Positions 26,811-34,243 of a stretch of 51,289 nucleotides of DNA are shown here, piece after piece; position 1 is the first letter of the stretch; each line of letters opens with the position of its first letter. The notes below the pieces were generated by a model. The model saw only the letters and a list, made by a program, of their open reading frames with translations, had not been told where the DNA came from and did not search any database. The DNA lies in IMG/VR virus record IMGVR_UViG_3300037692_000062, positions 1 through 51,289 of that record; one strand, 5' to 3'. This DNA is from a virus (taxonomy: Duplodnaviria > Caudoviricetes). Made by a program: the position numbers and the translations under genes.

Positions 26811-27268
26811 TAGTTGCGACTCCAAGATACCGTGCCCTCAGGGGAGGGAACGATCTGCTGACGACGGGGAATCGTCTTCAGGACATCTCGGCCGGTGTAG
26901 ATCCATGCCATGACAGTGTGAGTGTCAGTATTACTTGGAAAACCCTCGCTTGCGTACTCGAAGACCTCGACTTCGATCTGCTCACGGTCGTAAAAATTCG
27001 GAGCACCCTCGTAAGCATCGAGGCGTTTCATCGCGGTGTCGTCAACGACATGGAGTTCACCGACGACGTAACCCTTGTAGTTGGATTTGGCACCGTACAT
27101 GGTGACAACGTCCTGAATCGAGGACGGCGAGACCACGACGGGAAAACCACCACCATACATCAGTGTTGGTACCAGTGTCTTGGCCTTGCCAATCAACGTC
27201 CCATCCCGCATGCCCATGAGAGTGCCATAGACAAACACGAAGTGAGACTGGTTGGAAGAGGTAGTCAT
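26810..27268 (-). CDS. Gamma-glutamylcyclotransferase (AIG2-like)
   Basis: VFVYGTL, GFP, VGEL, LDAYEG, YDR, AWIY. Confidence 0.88.
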   Translation of the reverse strand: MTTSSNQSHFVFVYGTLMGMRDGTLIGKAKTLVPTLMYGGGFPVVVSPSSIQDVVTMYGAKSNYKGYVVGELHVVDDTAMKRLDAYEGAPNFYDREQIEVEVFEYASEGFPSNTDTHTVMAWIYTGRDVLKTIPRRQQIVPSPEGTVSWSRN

Positions 27269-27287
27269 ATTGTATCCTTTTCTAGAG

Positions 27288-27776
27288 TTAGAAGGGAATA
27301 TCGTCATCGAGTTGACGTTCCCGAAATTTGGAGACCCTCTTTTTGAGCTTGGGTCGGGGAACTTGGGCTGCCAAGGCTTCAGCCTCCTTCACAACAGCCT
27401 GCTTGGCCTTTTCCGCGTCTTCCTCAGCGAGGATTTCGCGCTCGTATCCTTCGAGCTTTTTGAGGAAGTCGGGAACGGCGATCTGAATGCCATACGCCTG
27501 GTGGCTGTACTTCGGGTATGTAATCGGGCCGATGACGCTGAAGCCGAACTTGATCAGGGCGTCCACAGCCGGCTTTTGAGTGCTGATCGCCTCACCTTGG
27601 ATGAGGGACTCAATTTCGAGGCCGGGGTGGTTGTAGTGAGCCTGCTGCTGGTTGTAGGCGTTGACAGCACGGCTGAGGCCTTTGATGAACGTCCGCCAGT
27701 CAGGTGCAGTCCCGGAGAAGCCAGAGAGGATTTTGCACGAGCAGGAGTAGGTGCTATGGGAAAGAACGAGAACCAT
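27288..27776 (-). CDS. Hypothetical protein ending DDDIPF
   Basis: First gene after a strong promoter; SSB-like acidic C-terminal tip. Confidence 0.6.
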   Translation of the reverse strand: MVLVLSHSTYSCSCKILSGFSGTAPDWRTFIKGLSRAVNAYNQQQAHYNHPGLEIESLIQGEAISTQKPAVDALIKFGFSVIGPITYPKYSHQAYGIQIAVPDFLKKLEGYEREILAEEDAEKAKQAVVKEAEALAAQVPRPKLKKRVSKFRERQLDDDIPF

Positions 27777-27821
27777 GTTATTCCTATCATCATGGGGTTT
27801 ACCACTGGGCACTGATAAGTT

Positions 27822-27850
27822 ATTTTATCACAGATTGTGACACTTGTCAA
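27822..27850 (-). promoter_or_regulatory. Strong sigma70-type promoter for the amidoligase operon
   Basis: TTGACA-17bp-TAAAAT with extended -10 TG; palindrome TCACA-GAT-TGTGA in the spacer. Confidence 0.8.
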
Positions 27851-27856
27851 TGCCGA

Positions 27857-28099
27857 TTAGATGTCGTCATCCTCAAGGGGGAGGGTGAGACGGATTCGCC
27901 AGAGCTTGTCGTCTTTGATCCAAGCTGCTAGGGCAATAAGATCAGGGAGGTCGCTTTCAGACATCTCGTGAGAAAGGCGGTCATACCACCACAGCCACCA
28001 CGCTTGATCGAAGGTGTCATAAGAGACAAATTCGATTTGTGGTGCTCGAACTGGAATGCTAGGCGGCGACGGCTTCGATGTCGGAGTGGACTTCACCAT
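27857..28099 (-). CDS. Hypothetical protein
   Basis: GAGGAG RBS before MVKSTPT. Confidence 0.5.
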   Translation of the reverse strand: MVKSTPTSKPSPPSIPVRAPQIEFVSYDTFDQAWWLWWYDRLSHEMSESDLPDLIALAAWIKDDKLWRIRLTLPLEDDDI

Positions 28100-28301
28100 C
28101 GTCGGTCTCCTCGGAAGGCACGGGGTCAAGCAAAAGGAATTGGACATCGTTCCCGCACAGGGTACGAAGCTTCCTGATGCCGAGGACAAACGGTGGAGTG
28201 TCCCCGCTGTCTTCAACGAGGAGCGAGACACGCGCCCCGAAGTGGGTATCGACCTTGCCGGTGTCGTCGGATGCGAAAACGAAGAATGTAACTCGGTTCA
28301 T
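28059..28301 (-). CDS. Hypothetical protein
   Basis: AAGGA RBS; operon strand. Confidence 0.5.
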   Translation of the reverse strand: MNRVTFFVFASDDTGKVDTHFGARVSLLVEDSGDTPPFVLGIRKLRTLCGNDVQFLLLDPVPSEETDDGEVHSDIEAVAA

Positions 28302-28326
28302 GATGCGATCCTTTTGGGTTGTGGTA

Positions 28327-28533
28327 TCAGTAGACCCTTACCAGGGGGTTGCGGTTGTTCTGCCTGACACGGGACTTGGTTCGTCCACGAGTGGCGCTGT
28401 TTTGGCTGCCGTTGCCCCATTTCTTTTGGAACAACGCCAATCCAAACGGACGGTCGTGGCCTTTCGGCACACTCCACGAGAAACCACCAAAGCGGCGGCC
28501 CCAGTATTCATTCGATTTGAGAAGAACAGGCAT
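28327..28533 (-). CDS. Hypothetical basic protein
   Basis: AAGGAG RBS. Confidence 0.5.
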   Translation of the reverse strand: MPVLLKSNEYWGRRFGGFSWSVPKGHDRPFGLALFQKKWGNGSQNSATRGRTKSRVRQNNRNPLVRVY

Positions 28534-28536
28534 GAG

Positions 28537-28893
28537 TCACTCCTTTGTGAATTCCTTGAGGACAGCCGCAGTAACAGCAGCGGTGATGCGGGCAACGAAG
28601 TCTTCTAGCCCTTTCGTCTCCTTCCGGGACTCCATTTCTGCGCAGGCGAGTGAGTGGGCTAACCAGTCGGGCCAAAAAAGGGCCCTCTGGAGAGCCTTGG
28701 TGACGCCGTCGGATGTCTTGTGCCAACGTTTGGGATCGACGACGAAACGGATATTGCTCGGCGTCTTACTTGTACCAAAAAGGTGCATAACCACCGTGCC
28801 GTCGGAGATATGACCGATGCATTCGTACACATTGCCCGGACTGGTCTCCAAGGTGTAGGTCTTGTTGGGTTCGAATTCAGAGAAGTCTTTCAT
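28537..28893 (-). CDS. Hypothetical protein
   Basis: AAGGA RBS before MKDFSEF. Confidence 0.6.
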   Translation of the reverse strand: MKDFSEFEPNKTYTLETSPGNVYECIGHISDGTVVMHLFGTSKTPSNIRFVVDPKRWHKTSDGVTKALQRALFWPDWLAHSLACAEMESRKETKGLEDFVARITAAVTAAVLKEFTKE

Positions 28894-28920
28894 GATTTTG
28901 TCCTTGTAACCTATACAAAT

Positions 28921-28976
28921 AGAAAAGCCCCTGTCCACACCAGAGAGCTTCCGCGACTCACTAGTGCAGACAGGGG
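28921..28976 (-). terminator. Long hairpin plus short U-tract (terminator or RNase III site)
   Basis: CCCCTGTCTGCACTAGTGAG / CTCTCTGGTGTGGACAGGGG, about 20 bp with G-U pairs only on the - strand, followed by CTTTTCT. Confidence 0.6.
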
Positions 28977-29022
28977 TGCTAGCAGCGCACAACCGGGAGG
29001 CAGGGGCGTGCGCAGATTCGAA

Positions 29023-29235
29023 TTACATTCCACACAAGTATTTACCTAGGTCGGTTTTGTTTTCCCCGACGCAGTACATGTAGATACCTGGGTGGATGGA
29101 GTTTTTGCGTACCCAAGTCAGACCAAGGCTTTTGAACTCAGCCTCAGCCTTCTCGACCTGTTGCTCTGGTACGGTCACCTGCGCTCCACCGAATTTGGTG
29201 AAACACTCAATGACTTTGTCATCGATAAAGAGCAC
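29023..29235 (-). CDS. Hypothetical protein
   Basis: Likely GTG start just after the upstream stop; start uncertain. Confidence 0.45.
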   Translation of the reverse strand: MLFIDDKVIECFTKFGGAQVTVPEQQVEKAEAEFKSLGLTWVRKNSIHPGIYMYCVGENKTDLGKYLCGM

Positions 29236-29239
29236 AATA

Positions 29240-29515
29240 TCAAACGACTTCAGCGAAGAACGTTCCGTCGTCGTCGTACCCAAAGGTAAGGACACGCCGC
29301 CTATACATGGCAGACTTACAGTCCCCGATGCCGGAGGCAGAAACACGGAAGGTGACGGGAGAGGCGCCGCAGCAATCTTCTTCTGTCAAGCCGATGATGG
29401 CACGGACATTCTCTCGCTTGCCAGTGCGCGCTTTGTAGTCTTCATTCACAGCATCCACCCACTTGCGAATGGCTTGCTTTTCTTCGTCAGTCAGCAGCAA
29501 TGCAGCAGGGAACAT
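29240..29515 (-). CDS. Hypothetical protein
   Basis: AAGGAG RBS. Confidence 0.6.
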   Translation of the reverse strand: MFPAALLLTDEEKQAIRKWVDAVNEDYKARTGKRENVRAIIGLTEEDCCGASPVTFRVSASGIGDCKSAMYRRRVLTFGYDDDGTFFAEVV

Positions 29516-29797
29516 ATCAGTCTCCTTCGTTACGGGCCTTTGAAATGCTCGGTGTTCTCACGGTAGCGATGCTCACCGCACCAGTGGAACCGAGTAGTCG
29601 GCTGCTCAGTTGGGTACCGACGGCAAACGACGACATAAGCAGTGTCCTTTGATCCGGCGAATTCCGGGACGAGGCGCTTTCGATGAAAGACACAGTTCTG
29701 ACACACCGGGGGTGTGCCTTCAGGCCACCCGGCAGCAACAGCCATCAAGTCTAGACTCTCTTGGTATGTGAGAGTTCCCATATCAGTCTCCTTCGTT
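29513..29797. repeat. 19-bp direct repeat of a translation-initiation region
   Basis: CATATCAGTCTCCTTCGTT at 29513-29531 and 29779-29797. Confidence 0.9.
29530..29781 (-). CDS. Small Cys-rich (Zn-binding-like) protein
   Basis: CQNCVFH...CRRYP...WCGEH; AAGGAG RBS. Confidence 0.6.
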   Translation of the reverse strand: MGTLTYQESLDLMAVAAGWPEGTPPVCQNCVFHRKRLVPEFAGSKDTAYVVVCRRYPTEQPTTRFHWCGEHRYRENTEHFKGP

Positions 29798-30049
29798 GAG
29801 ATGGGCAGTCGCCACGCTGCGCCCCATCGCCAAGAGTACGCCAAGAATTCCATAGAGACAAACCGCTGATGCCCACCCTGCGCGCCCAGACCGCCAAGAG
29901 ACGAGGAAATTAGGGTCAGCCTCTTTTAGATTGACAACGAAGTCTGTAAAGTATGCGTCCCAACCAGCCTGAAACGCGAAGGCATCCACACCCCTTTTGT
30001 TATCAAGAAGTGATGCTTCTCCGGCCAGCGGACAAGGCGGAATGATCAT
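29783..30049 (-). CDS. Hypothetical protein
   Basis: AGGAG RBS. Confidence 0.55.
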   Translation of the reverse strand: MIIPPCPLAGEASLLDNKRGVDAFAFQAGWDAYFTDFVVNLKEADPNFLVSWRSGRAGWASAVCLYGILGVLLAMGRSVATAHLNEGD

Positions 30050-30052
30050 TGG

Positions 30053-30265
30053 TTACTCCTGTGTCAGAGTGACGACCTCGCCGTGCCGGAGTGGCAGCAT
30101 ATTCTGGATGCCCACGTTTCGGATAACACCTGTCAAGCCGGTATCGGGGTTGAGACACATATGTTTCGTCTCAGAGAAAACCAAATAAAGGCTCCCAGTT
30201 ATGGAGGAACGCGCTAGATAGGGGTAGGACGGCACTTGCGGAGCGCTGTAGTGTTCAACTTTCAT
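30053..30265 (-). CDS. Hypothetical protein
   Basis: AAGGAG RBS. Confidence 0.55.
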   Translation of the reverse strand: MKVEHYSAPQVPSYPYLARSSITGSLYLVFSETKHMCLNPDTGLTGVIRNVGIQNMLPLRHGEVVTLTQE

Positions 30266-30270
30266 TTCGG

Positions 30271-30720
30271 TTACTCCTTGTTGAGGTGGGCGGTTACACG
30301 ATGCGCAATCGCATCAGTCAATCCATAGTCAGGATCGGTTTGGAAAAAGTGCGGGAGCTGCTCCGGCAACATGTCTGCGTCATCATCAAGGATGGCGTAG
30401 TTGTACGGCTTAGCCGCATACGCCAACAACCACTCCTCAATCTCACAACCTCGGTTGGTAAGCCGAGCCTCTCGAATGCCGTGTTTGTCCAAACGTGGTG
30501 TGTAACCGGAGAGGTGTAGACCTCGGTACTGGAGGACCCGCGCGAGGCGCAGGATGGCGTACTCTGACTTCCGCCATGTACTGGACAGGATGGTATCACA
30601 ACCCGTGTCGTTGACGATCAATGCCAGCCTACGAAGGCACGGTTTCGACAGGGCGTACAACGAATGGCTTCGAGTGGTGTTCAGGACACCGTCAACGTCG
30701 AGGAAAAGATATTTATGCAT
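30271..30720 (-). CDS. HAD-domain protein (Swiss Army Knife RNA-repair-like HAD)
   Basis: LFLDVDGVLN, ILSSTWR, RGCEIEEWL, YAILDD, GLT. Confidence 0.8.
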   Translation of the reverse strand: MHKYLFLDVDGVLNTTRSHSLYALSKPCLRRLALIVNDTGCDTILSSTWRKSEYAILRLARVLQYRGLHLSGYTPRLDKHGIREARLTNRGCEIEEWLLAYAAKPYNYAILDDDADMLPEQLPHFFQTDPDYGLTDAIAHRVTAHLNKE

Positions 30721-30756
30721 GCCCATTCCTATCATCACGGCACTTATTGGTCTGTG

Positions 30757-30933
30757 TTACTTGGTCTCATAGCAGATGCTTTTGGCGCTCCACTTAGAGA
30801 CGTCCTCGCTTTTGATGATGACGTACACAGTGTTGACGCGGGACTGCATCACAGCCCTACCTGGACCGAGAGAGCGAGCATATTCAATGACCGATTCAAG
30901 GTCAGTCCACACGGTGGGTTTTCGCTCTTTCAT
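30757..30933 (-). CDS. Hypothetical protein
   Basis: AGGAG RBS before MKERK. Confidence 0.5.
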   Translation of the reverse strand: MKERKPTVWTDLESVIEYARSLGPGRAVMQSRVNTVYVIIKSEDVSKWSAKSICYETK

Positions 30934-30949
30934 ATCCAGCATCTCCTGA

Positions 30950-31321
30950 TCAGGTGCCGACCTTACCAACACGACGGGTGCGCTCGTTCGAGTACCACGC
31001 CTTAAACACAGCATGGTCGATCAAACCAGTATACACCATGATGGTGTTGCCAGTCTTGGGGTTTTCTGCGGCCTGCGATATCTGCTTTTGGAGCAAAAGA
31101 CCACGCCTTTTCATTTCAAGGAAGAGCAGAGACGTGTTCGTTTCCACTCCATCATCGAAGACGTCGGAGGCGATGAGAAACGCCACCGGCTCACCACGAC
31201 TTGGATGATACAACCGGCTGGCGATTTGGTAGATGGCGCCATTGACATCAGTGATGCCGGACAAAACAAAGACGCCGCAAGACATTGGTGTGCTTGAAAT
31301 CTTGACTCTATCGTGATCCAT
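30950..31321 (-). CDS. Hypothetical protein
   Basis: AAAGGA RBS; SCG and NPKTGN motifs. Confidence 0.6.
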   Translation of the reverse strand: MDHDRVKISSTPMSCGVFVLSGITDVNGAIYQIASRLYHPSRGEPVAFLIASDVFDDGVETNTSLLFLEMKRRGLLLQKQISQAAENPKTGNTIMVYTGLIDHAVFKAWYSNERTRRVGKVGT

Positions 31322-31344
31322 TTAGTTTCCTTTCTTTATAAAAG

Positions 31345-31452
31345 CCCTCAACACGTATTGCTTTGGGAAGCAGGCCCAGACATCCAGGCCGTTGTGGGGT
31401 CGCTGATTGAATTGGGAAACCCTTTCATAACGATCAGCGGGTGTGCTGAGGG
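31345..31452 (-). ncRNA. Candidate structured RNA (multi-stem junction)
   Basis: Closing stem CCCUCAGCAC/GUGUUGAGGG enclosing three hairpins; fills the intergenic gap. Confidence 0.5.
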
Positions 31453-31455
31453 AAG

Positions 31456-31746
31456 CTATCCGACACTGATCCACCCGTATTCTTTGACGAGTTTAGACAT
31501 AGCAGAATACAGGTCATGATCTGTGAGAGTGTCGAGAAGTTTGTCAACTCTGTCCATAGGGACGTTGCACGATCCATGTGTCACGCCACCGCCGTAGTCA
31601 TAACCGCCAAGCATGAGCACAGTACACAAAGGACCAGCCTCTTGATACAACACGATGAACTGGTACCCGGACGTGTCGCTCCAGTCGCCCACAATAACGG
31701 CAGGCCCGATCTCGCGGGCTATTTTCCCTGTTTTGAACGTGATCAT
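31456..31746 (-). CDS. Hypothetical protein
   Basis: AAGGGG RBS, just downstream of the tRNA. Confidence 0.55.
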   Translation of the reverse strand: MITFKTGKIAREIGPAVIVGDWSDTSGYQFIVLYQEAGPLCTVLMLGGYDYGGGVTHGSCNVPMDRVDKLLDTLTDHDLYSAMSKLVKEYGWISVG

Positions 31747-31777
31747 AGCGGACCCCTTTGTTCACATAACGCATTTA

Positions 31778-31853
31778 TGGCGAGGGAGGTAGGATTCGAA
31801 CCTACGACAAGCGGTTTTGGAGACCGCTGCTCTGCCCTCTGAGCTACACCCCC
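31778..31853 (-). tRNA. trnW: tRNA-Trp (CCA)
   Basis: GGGGGTG-TA-GCTC..GAGC-A-GCGGT CT CCA AA ACCGC..GTAGG TTCGAAT CCTAC-CTCCCTC-G-CCA; 76 nt with encoded CCA end. Confidence 0.93.
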
Positions 31854-32035
31854 AAGCTAAACCAACGCCCATCCTCAACAAGGCCAACCCCAAGAAGGGC
31901 AGTCACGACACTACAATCATCGAAGCGACGATCTTCGTAGAGGTAGATTTTGCCCTTCCATGCAAAGGCGCGGGTAGAAACCACGGCATAGTGGTTCTTC
32001 CTATCATAAGGCGACGCACGCTGATAAATCTTCAT
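31844..32035 (-). CDS. Hypothetical protein overlapping the tRNA 5' end
   Basis: ATGA overlap with the upstream gene, GAGG RBS. Confidence 0.5.
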   Translation of the reverse strand: MKIYQRASPYDRKNHYAVVSTRAFAWKGKIYLYEDRRFDDCSVVTALLGVGLVEDGRWFSLGV

Positions 32036-32358
32036 TGCCAACCTCTCGCTTTCCTTCGTTGGATATGATGCGACAAATGCCGGAAGGACCTAGCGACGGC
32101 ATAGTCTTGCCCACCGATCCAATACAACGGGAGTCCATTCCGTCTAGCCCATTCGCAGTACAAGTCTGCGCCTAACATGTCCAAGTCGACGGACAGAGCG
32201 CTGTTCTTGGCGAGGTACTGCAAGTCTTCAGCGTACTTCCGAAAGTAAAACGTGTCGTGCTGACTAGTCGTTTCAGTATTCGCAAGTAATTCGATATCCT
32301 CGGTTGAATACTGAGCCGGAGGCGCAGGCTTGGTGAAATTCCCTGACACGCGACCCAT
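32032..32358 (-). CDS. Hypothetical protein
   Basis: AGGAGG RBS. Confidence 0.6.
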   Translation of the reverse strand: MGRVSGNFTKPAPPAQYSTEDIELLANTETTSQHDTFYFRKYAEDLQYLAKNSALSVDLDMLGADLYCEWARRNGLPLYWIGGQDYAVARSFRHLSHHIQRRKARGWQ

Positions 32359-32366
32359 GCTGCCTC

Positions 32367-32597
32367 CTAAAAAGGGATGTCGGCGAGGTACTCTTTCAGT
32401 CGGTCCTCGCTCGTGCTGATGTTGATCAGGACTTCATCTGGATGAGGCGATGGTTCGGTACTGGTGACCATGCCGTATTGAGCAGCGAGTACTTCCATCG
32501 CTTGCGCTTCAAGGGCAGGGATGAACAATGATATTCCACCCTTGCTCGTGATCGTCTCGATGTGTGTCTCGATGGCATTCTCACGTCTGATCTTCAT
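32367..32597 (-). CDS. Hypothetical protein ending DIPF
   Basis: AGGAG RBS. Confidence 0.6.
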   Translation of the reverse strand: MKIRRENAIETHIETITSKGGISLFIPALEAQAMEVLAAQYGMVTSTEPSPHPDEVLINISTSEDRLKEYLADIPF

Positions 32598-32619
32598 GTC
32601 ACCACCACTCCTATACTAG

Positions 32620-34240
32620 GAACACTTTGGAGCCAGCGCAGTTCTACCAGCTACGCCAGTAGGCTTACGTCTTACAGCGCAGGAGCAGCACCACCTGACT
32701 ACACAAGCGTTGACTGCGCTGGCAAGGATTGGAGGCCCCACCTCAGAGCGTAGGTGAGGCAGTAGTATCTTGGTGACTGACCGGACTAGACAAGCAGCTT
32801 TCTTCAAACGAGCCAGTCCTGTTTTCGCAGCAGACCATGGCTATAGTTTGGCTTTAGGTCTAGTGCTTACATGCTGGACAAACGATGGAGTGCTTACTCA
32901 CCTCGCATTTGCACACACTACAGTAAACTGCGAGGACACTCGCCCTTCTACCAGCGAGTATCCAGTGTGTACCTGTTGATTGACGCCTATGGCGTTCGAA
33001 CTTGCGTTCGTCGTGTCAGTCCCCTCAGGGACCTCCGCTGATGCACCCAGAGTTTAGCACGCCCTGGGTGCACAGGTAGAAGTCTCATTTTACTATATCA
33101 CACTAAATCGGCATTTGGCCTCATGACAAGGGCAATACGAGTATCACGCATTGGCACTCAGCCGGTGCGCCGTGCACCTTCCGGGTTCCCCCGAAATCTT
33201 AAATTGATCTTCTATGGGTGCCCTTGTGCCCCAGGTAGGGTGAGGTAGGGTTAGGCGGCGTTGGCCTTGATGGCCGGAGCAGTGGTCTTGGTCTTCGCAG
33301 GTTCATCGTTCGCGAGATTGAACTGCGAAAGCATTGCTTCCGCCTTGTCGGCGAAGTCGACGATGAGATCACGCACCTTGTCGGAGACATGGACGTCCCT
33401 GGTGTCGGTCGTGGTCAACTGGGTCTTCAGCGCTTTCACACGCTTCAGCAGGTCAGTGTCGCCGATGGTAGCGACTTCTGCGAAGTTGTTCCGGTCGAGG
33501 ACATACATATCCTTCTTCCCATCAGGGTTGATGAACCGGGTTTCGCACAAGCCGACCATGATCTTGGCCTGGTCGGTATTGGGGTTCTTGACGACGTGGA
33601 ATTCGGACTTGCTGAAGGACAGGATTGCTCCCGCTTCAGCCGCCGAGTTTAGGACGTCGGAAGGCATCGCCTTGTTGATATCCTTGCCGCCCAGTCCGTT
33701 GATGATCTGACAGCGGCGAACGTAAAGCCGGACTGCCTGCTGATCGTTCGTCCTGAGGCCAGCGAAGAAAGCGTTGAGCGGGCGGACGTCCCCATGTGTG
33801 GAGACGTGCCACAAGCACGAGATGACAGCGATATGAGCCTTGCGGCCCGCCTCACCGTATGCCTTCAGCGTCGCAGAGATGTACTGGTTGAGCTTGGAGG
33901 CGTCTTTGATGATATCCATAGTAGAGTACCTTTCTTTGCAGGAAGGCACAAGGACACTCAAAGAAGATCGTTTCTGATTAAAAGTTATGGCATTTTAAGC
34001 CGGCACCTGCACCTCGCACTTCAGGGTTTCCCCTTCCGCCGCTACATCGTGAGGCACACCAAGCTCCGTAGAGTGAGGCAAGCCAAGCAATGGTCATTGC
34101 TAGCAAGACGCGCGCGACCGCATTACGGTATTGCAGTGCCACTCTGGCCGGCTGTTCCTATCATCACAAGGTGCGAAGAAGGCAAGAGCCGAGGGCAGGA
34201 GCGAACCCGCATAACGGGTCTTGGTATCGCTCAAGTGCCA
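32620..34240 (-). ncRNA. Candidate large structured RNA containing an ORF
   Basis: About 950 nt without credible genes, packed with helices and GNRA loops; three nested long-range helices enclose CDS 33251-33919. Confidence 0.6.
33251..33919 (-). CDS. Early protein of unknown function (HGD motif), enclosed by an RNA stalk
   Basis: AGAAAGG RBS before MDIIKD; SCLWHVSTHGDVRPLN resembles early proteins of other podoviruses. Confidence 0.8.
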   Translation of the reverse strand: MDIIKDASKLNQYISATLKAYGEAGRKAHIAVISCLWHVSTHGDVRPLNAFFAGLRTNDQQAVRLYVRRCQIINGLGGKDINKAMPSDVLNSAAEAGAILSFSKSEFHVVKNPNTDQAKIMVGLCETRFINPDGKKDMYVLDRNNFAEVATIGDTDLLKRVKALKTQLTTTDTRDVHVSDKVRDLIVDFADKAEAMLSQFNLANDEPAKTKTTAPAIKANAA

Positions 34241-34243
34241 AGG

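Noticed and set aside
31778-31853. Suppressor tRNA or genetic code reassignment
   Set aside because: The anticodon is the standard CCA, and genes are intact under the standard code with all three stop codons in use.
32620-34240. Group I or II intron, or tmRNA, as the identity of the large RNA
   Set aside because: No interrupted host gene, no convincing P7 or domain V consensus, the ORF lacks reverse transcriptase and homing-nuclease motifs, and no tRNA-like acceptor/T-arm was found; not excluded without a covariance search.
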